This document shows positions 26,749 through 31,448 of a stretch of DNA of 31,448 nucleotides, one piece after another. Within the stretch, counting starts at the first letter, position 1, and each line of letters opens with the position of its first letter. The stretch is taken from the IMG/VR virus record IMGVR_UViG_3300030103_002403, positions 1-31,448 of that record. The stretch is one strand, 5' to 3'. Below the pieces are notes generated by a model that saw only the letters and a list, made by a program, of their open reading frames with translations, did not search any database and had not been told where the DNA came from. A program made the translations under genes and the position numbers. This stretch comes from a virus. Lineage: Duplodnaviria; Caudoviricetes.

Positions 26749-27114
26749 TCAGTAATCTCCCGTAGTGTAGTAATCATTTAACGATGTTTGATTTGCATAC
26801 GGTCTGTGGTCTAGCCCATACCTGTACATCACATGCCATACACTCATTAGTGAATCGTGATACTCGTTATCATCTACACTTGCTTTGAAGTTATCATAGG
26901 TAATGTCCAATAACATATCACCAATTATTCTTGACACTTCAACTTCTTCTATGTCTGCCCTGTATGGGTAGTCTGCCTTATCATCAACATATACTTTAGC
27001 ATCTTCAAAAATACTTTCAATGTGATTTTTATTCCTCGCTCGCACCAATAAAGTATTTTCTTTATCCCTGTGCCTTACGATACTCAACCATCCTTTATTC
27101 GTCGCTATCCACAT
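26749..27114 (-). CDS. Hypothetical phage protein with C-terminal PIP-box-like motif QTSLNDYY
   Basis: MWI....GWLSIV...LLVRAR...ADY.YRA...I.Y.NFK pattern. Start ATG 27114 behind GGAGG. Confidence 0.75.
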   Translation of the reverse strand: MWIATNKGWLSIVRHRDKENTLLVRARNKNHIESIFEDAKVYVDDKADYPYRADIEEVEVSRIIGDMLLDITYDNFKASVDDNEYHDSLMSVWHVMYRYGLDHRPYANQTSLNDYYTTGDY

Positions 27115-27418
27115 ATTCTTCCCTCCATTGTTCTTCCGTGTAGTCCTCATCAAAGTGATACAAGTGTTTGTATGTGTTTCCGTTATTATGAGAAGTTTCC
27201 ATCATCGTTTGTTTAAACTTGATACCGAGTGTTCTGTCCTCGCTATACAATCGTAAGAAATCAAGGACACCCTCGTAAGAACCCCACCTGTCTTGCATTC
27301 TTTCAATGTGATATTTCATCTCTTCAACAACAACCTCGCCGTCAGTAACACCATCTGCTATCTGTGCATGGTCAAGATAACCAAGCATGTATTCTATGTT
27401 GTAATCACTCATACTCAT
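27095..27418 (-). CDS. Hypothetical acidic protein
   Basis: 107-aa ORF with an ATGA overlap. Confidence 0.7.
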   Translation of the reverse strand: MSMSDYNIEYMLGYLDHAQIADGVTDGEVVVEEMKYHIERMQDRWGSYEGVLDFLRLYSEDRTLGIKFKQTMMETSHNNGNTYKHLYHFDEDYTEEQWREEYVDSDE

Positions 27419-27915
27419 TCTTCATCACCCACATGTTCTTCTCCCTCTAATTCTTCTCCTACTTCCTCATGCTCATCTACAATTTGCATATCCATATCAT
27501 AACTTATATCATCATCTATTTCCTCAATGTAATCCGAAAACTTCGGATGAATAATTTTCATTATAATTACTTCGCCTTCATCGTAGGTAATTCGTTTTAA
27601 GAAATTGGTAGTTCTTCTCGTGGTCTTAAATCCTAAACCACCCGAATGATATACTATGCTCCCGTTCTTTATCCATAGACATATTGTATGATATGAAAAT
27701 GGGTTATGATAATTATATTCACTTACAGAAGTATCGTCAAAGTTAGCAAGCCAATCAAGTAAATGTGTTTTGTTATTACCGTTTATTGATACATCATCTT
27801 TACAACACTCAATATAATTTCTTGCTATACTTATAGTAGTAAAGTATTCTTTAATTTCAAAACCGTAGTCTTCACTATTGTACAACTTACCCTTCTCTAT
27901 ATATTTAAGATTCAT
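27415..27915 (-). CDS. Hypothetical protein with highly acidic C-terminus
   Basis: 166-aa ORF with ATGA overlaps at both ends. Confidence 0.75.
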   Translation of the reverse strand: MNLKYIEKGKLYNSEDYGFEIKEYFTTISIARNYIECCKDDVSINGNNKTHLLDWLANFDDTSVSEYNYHNPFSYHTICLWIKNGSIVYHSGGLGFKTTRRTTNFLKRITYDEGEVIIMKIIHPKFSDYIEEIDDDISYDMDMQIVDEHEEVGEELEGEEHVGDEE

Positions 27916-28292
27916 TCTTCTTCATCTCCTTCATATTTTATCGTGTCTAAATTTGTCCATCCATCACTACCAAATTCCTGAAAAATAATCTTTCTTGGTT
28001 CACCATACTTGTTAATGAGTTGTTCTCGTATAAATTCAAGATGTTCTTCATAACCCCAACAATTTAACACACTCATTATATCGTGATAATTTACATCTCC
28101 ACAATCAGCATCACACCAAGCACAAGCATGATAACCCCGAACTATTTTTCCGTCTTTTAACAGTAATTCTACACCTGTATCGGGGTCTTCTTCACAATGT
28201 TTGTATTTTGGTGTAGGGCATGGCCTATGGTAGCCACCTAAGAATGCGCCTAACCTTCCGTTATATCTTTTCCATTCATCTAAATCTGTCAT
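27912..28292 (-). CDS. Hypothetical Cys/His-containing protein
   Basis: 126-aa ORF with ATGA overlaps at both ends. Confidence 0.75.
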   Translation of the reverse strand: MTDLDEWKRYNGRLGAFLGGYHRPCPTPKYKHCEEDPDTGVELLLKDGKIVRGYHACAWCDADCGDVNYHDIMSVLNCWGYEEHLEFIREQLINKYGEPRKIIFQEFGSDGWTNLDTIKYEGDEEE

Positions 28293-28573
28293 TCTTCTTC
28301 AACTCCTTCACGGTACTCCGCCCATTCGTCAAGTAGAGTTTCACTTGTCACATCAAAGTAGCGTATCATAGTCATACCACATTTAGGACAACCGTATCTC
28401 AACTCTAACTTATCCATTGAATCTGTAGGTGTAGCGTGTATACCAAGCACCCAATTATGTTCTATACACGGTTGGTCTGCGTAACCGGACTCTTCCCAAA
28501 AGTTTAGTTTGTCCAACCTGTTCTGTAAGTCTAACATGTCTTGTTTTATTTTATCTCTTAATTTATTTTTCAT
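28289..28573 (-). CDS. Zn-ribbon protein (C.EH.W...CPKCG)
   Basis: 94-aa ORF. Confidence 0.72.
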   Translation of the reverse strand: MKNKLRDKIKQDMLDLQNRLDKLNFWEESGYADQPCIEHNWVLGIHATPTDSMDKLELRYGCPKCGMTMIRYFDVTSETLLDEWAEYREGVEEE

Positions 28574-28769
28574 CTTCCTTCACCAAATTAAAACCCTCAT
28601 GCTCAAGTATCGCTTTAATATCAAACTTATCTATCGGCCTCAAGTCTTCCTCGTTTAGATTCGTTAGTATCATCCGAATCAATGATTCAGTAGTACCTCC
28701 TATCTTTCCTTCATCTAAGACAAAGAGTTCACCATCTATGTCAAAGGTTATGTTCCATACGCTTATCAT
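28563..28769 (-). CDS. Hypothetical protein
   Basis: 68-aa ORF with an ATGA overlap and a GGTGA RBS. Confidence 0.68.
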   Translation of the reverse strand: MISVWNITFDIDGELFVLDEGKIGGTTESLIRMILTNLNEEDLRPIDKFDIKAILEHEGFNLVKEDEK

Positions 28770-28948
28770 GTTATCACCAAATCCTCTTGATTCTCATTCA
28801 CTTCAAAGTGTTCAAATGCCTTTCTCCATACTCCATCTTCCATGAAGTATTCAACCAAAGGGTGAAGTAGCATATTCATGCTACCGCTTTTCTGCACCTT
28901 ATGATACTGACTCCACATCTTTTTCGTTATAGTGTATGGTCTGTTCAC
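28766..28948 (-). CDS. Hypothetical protein (60 aa, DUF5049-like SG.MNM motif)
   Basis: Start re-placed at GTG 28948 (GTGA overlap with the DUF932 stop). Confidence 0.62.
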   Translation of the reverse strand: MNRPYTITKKMWSQYHKVQKSGSMNMLLHPLVEYFMEDGVWRKAFEHFEVNENQEDLVIT

Positions 28949-29946
28949 GCTATCATCTCCATCGCTTTGTTCCATGCAATTACTTTCCTTCGTGCAAGTG
29001 GGCCGAACATAGCCGACTCTAAACGCTTAGTGCTTTTCTCACCGTTTCTAAGTTCGGTTAGTTTGTGGTCTATCGCTTCTGTGATTGCATTGTACGCCGC
29101 CCACACTGTACCACCCATACGACCTACATTATTTGTAGGCGACATGAGAAGTATGTTGGTATTGTGAATAATGTTCTTGCCTCTTGTAGCAAGTTCTCCG
29201 TCTTCATCACGCTTGAGTTGCATAACATCAATGAAGTATTCTTGAGCATCATCAAGAGTAATCTTAGTTTCAAGCATTCTCTCTACATCGTTAGCCCAAC
29301 TGCTAAAGTCTTCCTCTACATTCTTCATAGCCTGTAGTGCCTCATTCATTCTTTCGTGCATCTTACCCGTATGTCTAATTGCATAACCTTGACCTGCCCC
29401 TTGTCTAAGAGCCATTGACAAAGTATTGAAACAAACTACACGGATAGGTGTAGGTAGTATGCGTACTGAACCTGTACCATCATGTGTATTAGTGATAAGT
29501 ATATACTTGTGAATAGTATCAACACCATCAAAGACAATACTCGTAGGTAGTCTTGCTAATATCCATACAGTCTGTCCTTCACCTAGCGCACCACATACCT
29601 CAACCTTCGGCTTGTGGTCGCCCGATAGTTCATCAAGGAATGCAAACGCATCTACATTCTGTAGTGCTTTCCATACCTTACCAACTGCTTTACCGTTCTT
29701 AGTCAATGGTATTCTCTTTCCACCTTCTGTACGGAATACTCCGTAGGTAGCAGGTAGTACCTCCATCTCATCATTGTCCTCATAGTACAACGGCTCTTTG
29801 ACAACTCGCCAATCCAAGTGCGCTTTCTCTAACGCCTCGGTTGTTGTCATCAATCCTTGTGCCTGTGTACCCAACTTGTGCCACGGAGTCGCCCCCGCCC
29901 AAGCCGTCATCCATTCTCCTTCTTTTGTCTGTGCTAAATTGTGCAT
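28945..29946 (-). CDS. DUF932 / phage-plasmid TIGR03299-family protein
   Basis: Motifs PWHKLG, LDW.V, QN.DAF.F, G..VWILARLP, N.HDG.GS, TPIRVVC.NTL, IRHT and T.WAAYNAITE. Confidence 0.88.
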   Translation of the reverse strand: MHNLAQTKEGEWMTAWAGATPWHKLGTQAQGLMTTTEALEKAHLDWRVVKEPLYYEDNDEMEVLPATYGVFRTEGGKRIPLTKNGKAVGKVWKALQNVDAFAFLDELSGDHKPKVEVCGALGEGQTVWILARLPTSIVFDGVDTIHKYILITNTHDGTGSVRILPTPIRVVCFNTLSMALRQGAGQGYAIRHTGKMHERMNEALQAMKNVEEDFSSWANDVERMLETKITLDDAQEYFIDVMQLKRDEDGELATRGKNIIHNTNILLMSPTNNVGRMGGTVWAAYNAITEAIDHKLTELRNGEKSTKRLESAMFGPLARRKVIAWNKAMEMIA

Positions 29947-29948
29947 TC

Positions 29949-30098
29949 TTATTCCTCCACTGTTATGTATTGCATTATATCTTCTATGTTCGCTCTAATG
30001 TATTGTTCAACTACACTCATTAAATCCGTGTGTAGTATATCTTCTACATCAATCTCCATGTTTATTTCTCCATCTAATCTCAGTCTTATATCTATCAT
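29949..30098 (-). CDS. 49-aa acidic microprotein
   Basis: Hand translation: MIDIRLRLDGEINMEIDVEDILHTDLMSVVEQYIRANIEDIMQYITVEE. ATGA overlap and an AGGTGA RBS. Confidence 0.65.
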   Translation of the reverse strand: MIDIRLRLDGEINMEIDVEDILHTDLMSVVEQYIRANIEDIMQYITVEE

Positions 30099-30205
30099 TC
30101 TTCCTCACCTATCATGTTATTTTTCTTCATCGCTTTCGCTATGCTCTTTCTAAACTTAGCCAAGTATCTACCTCGCCTCGCTTTCTTTTGTCTTTTTGTC
30201 GCCAT
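30095..30205 (-). CDS. 36-aa highly basic microprotein
   Basis: Hand translation: MATKRQKKARRGRYLAKFRKSIAKAMKKNNMIGEEE. First gene after promoter element copy 5. Confidence 0.65.
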   Translation of the reverse strand: MATKRQKKARRGRYLAKFRKSIAKAMKKNNMIGEEE

Positions 30206-30228
30206 CTTTCTCAACCTCTTTATCTTCA

Positions 30229-30240
30229 ACAGTTTATATA
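30229..30240 (-). promoter_or_regulatory. Conserved TATA-box element, copy 5 (TATATAAACTGT)
   Basis: Lies 24 nt from ATG 30205 and contains the phosphatase stop codon. Confidence 0.7.
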
Positions 30241-30719
30241 TTATTTCTTTCAGTGTTAATTTTAATTTCTCCATCGTGAATTAAATTATTACATACCTCT
30301 CTCGCTATGTCAGCGTACAAGTCTTTGTTCTCATGTAGTATGGTAGACCATTCCTCCACCATAGACGGCCTCGCAACCATCATCTTAGAGATAGTTTCAC
30401 CTATCGTATTACCGAGTAGATGTAGTACAACATACGCTACACCACCTGTCCTATCCCTACCATGTACGCAGTGCAAGAGAACATCTTTGCCCCCATCAAG
30501 TAAATCAATTACCAAGTCTACGGCATGCGCCCATATCTCCGGTGAACTATTTTTAGCCCTAAAGTAATAGTGGTGTCGCTCATGCTTGTCCGAGTCTATA
30601 AACTTAGGTGGATAGCGACATAGCGATACAACTGTATGATGTGCTTTCAGTGTATCACGGAAATCATTAAGGCCACACATAGTAAGTGAGCCATTACTTA
30701 CTTTGATTGATTTGTTCAT
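30234..30719 (-). CDS. Dual-specificity/tyrosine protein phosphatase family (CX5R)
   Basis: VLLHCVHGRDRTG active-site loop. Confidence 0.88.
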   Translation of the reverse strand: MNKSIKVSNGSLTMCGLNDFRDTLKAHHTVVSLCRYPPKFIDSDKHERHHYYFRAKNSSPEIWAHAVDLVIDLLDGGKDVLLHCVHGRDRTGGVAYVVLHLLGNTIGETISKMMVARPSMVEEWSTILHENKDLYADIAREVCNNLIHDGEIKINTERNNI

Positions 30720-31072
30720 TCCCATAAAATCATCTCCACCTTTTGTAATAGTTCATAACTCCAATACTCTTTAGCGTCATGTTGCGCTATTTCTTTTATC
30801 AGTTCACGCAACCGCTTGACTTGTTCATTCCTATCTTTTACTGCTTTTAATAAACCATCAATTGCCTTTATCATCCCTGTATCATCATTCTTCACTTCTT
30901 CAAGCAACATCTCTTTTTCCTCACGCAACCGCTTGTAATCTTCAAGGATAAGTGGTGCGTCTTGTACAAGTTTCCTGTCTGCATCTTCCGCCCATCGGGG
31001 GAGAGTATTTGCGAACATTTGCCAACGCCCAATGTTTTCAATGTGTCCTGTATATTTGTCTGTGTCAATCAT
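30716..31072 (-). CDS. Hypothetical coiled-coil protein with MIDTDKY N-terminus
   Basis: 118 aa, with KRLRE occurring twice. Confidence 0.78.
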   Translation of the reverse strand: MIDTDKYTGHIENIGRWQMFANTLPRWAEDADRKLVQDAPLILEDYKRLREEKEMLLEEVKNDDTGMIKAIDGLLKAVKDRNEQVKRLRELIKEIAQHDAKEYWSYELLQKVEMILWE

Positions 31073-31258
31073 TCAATCACCCCAATACTCAATATCATCT
31101 TCGTCAAGGCCATCGTAGCCATGATGCTTCATAACAATCAATTTCTCAACGCAGTAAGAATGATACGGTATTCCGTATGTAGTCATCGTTGCTTCCCCTT
31201 CAATTGCTTCTTCGCAGTAAGCGCAGGTGTGTCCTTCGTATTTGTCTGTGTCAATCAT
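31073..31258 (-). CDS. Zn-finger microprotein with MIDTDKY N-terminus
   Basis: 61 aa, with CAYC...H..C. Confidence 0.75.
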   Translation of the reverse strand: MIDTDKYEGHTCAYCEEAIEGEATMTTYGIPYHSYCVEKLIVMKHHGYDGLDEDDIEYWGD

Positions 31259-31412
31259 TTCTTCTCACTTCCTCTATGTAATGTGCTTCACGCCATTCTT
31301 CATCGTGTGAATCATAGTGAGCCTTTGCTTCTTCGTAGGTAGCAAATGCCCCATCGGACTCTCCGCTTTTGAAATGTGTCACCATGTATTCGTATTTGTC
31401 TGTGTCAATCAT
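31251..31412 (-). CDS. 53-aa microprotein with MIDTDKY N-terminus
   Basis: Hand translation: MIDTDKYEYMVTHFKSGESDGAFATYEEAKAHYDSHDEEWREAHYIEEVRRND. Confidence 0.72.
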   Translation of the reverse strand: MIDTDKYEYMVTHFKSGESDGAFATYEEAKAHYDSHDEEWREAHYIEEVRRND

Positions 31413-31447
31413 TCTTCATCACCTTCTTCTAAACCACAGATGTTACA
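31409..31447 (-). CDS. C-terminal end of a CxxC protein running off the window
   Basis: ...CNICGLEEGDEE-stop, with an ATGA overlap into the next gene. Confidence 0.5.
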   Translation of the reverse strand, partial: CNICGLEEGDEE

Positions 31448-31448
31448 A

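Larger units (their letters stand above)
31053..31413 (-). repeat. Three copies of a 21-bp gene-start repeat (AATGATTGACACAGACAAATA on minus)
   Basis: Plus-strand tatttgtctgtgtcaatcatt at 31053-31073, 31239-31259 and 31393-31413. Confidence 0.93.

Noticed and set aside
1-31448. tRNA, rRNA, IS elements or inteins
   Set aside because: None recognised by eye. Intergenic space is minimal, and PolB, RFC and the helicase have no intein-sized insertions. tRNAscan-SE would be the decisive check for tRNAs.

Overview
Fragment of a tailed archaeal virus genome, most consistent with a Marine Group II (Poseidoniales) 'magrovirus'. That assignment is an inference from an archaeal-type replication set, a group II chaperonin and GGAGGTGA/GGTGA ribosome-binding sites. 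Bases 1-6540 (+) are the end of a virion/tail module. Everything from 6541 onward is on the minus strand. The replication module encodes a thermosome, a DnaQ-like exonuclease, an MCM-like helicase, an ERCC4 nuclease, a PriS-PriL fused primase, a Cas4-like nuclease, PolB, a PCNA-like clamp, an AAA_24/RecA-like ATPase, a putative SSB, an RFC subunit, a degenerate ligase and a PC4-like protein. An accessory region of small genes follows. The most striking feature is at 24201-25779: 11 copies of a 20-bp direct repeat (GCGTGGAGGTGACGGCRTGA on minus). Each copy is at once the last codons (VEVTA-stop) of one microprotein and the RBS plus start codon of the next. The repeats delimit 10 unrelated, intact microprotein cassettes, mostly Zn-finger-like and mostly absent from the ORF track. 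Also present are a second junction repeat (MIDTDKY N-termini), a third weaker one (GAAGAATGA), a 5-copy promoter element, a TFIIS-like microprotein and PIP-box-like motifs. All family calls are from motif recognition by eye; no searches were run.
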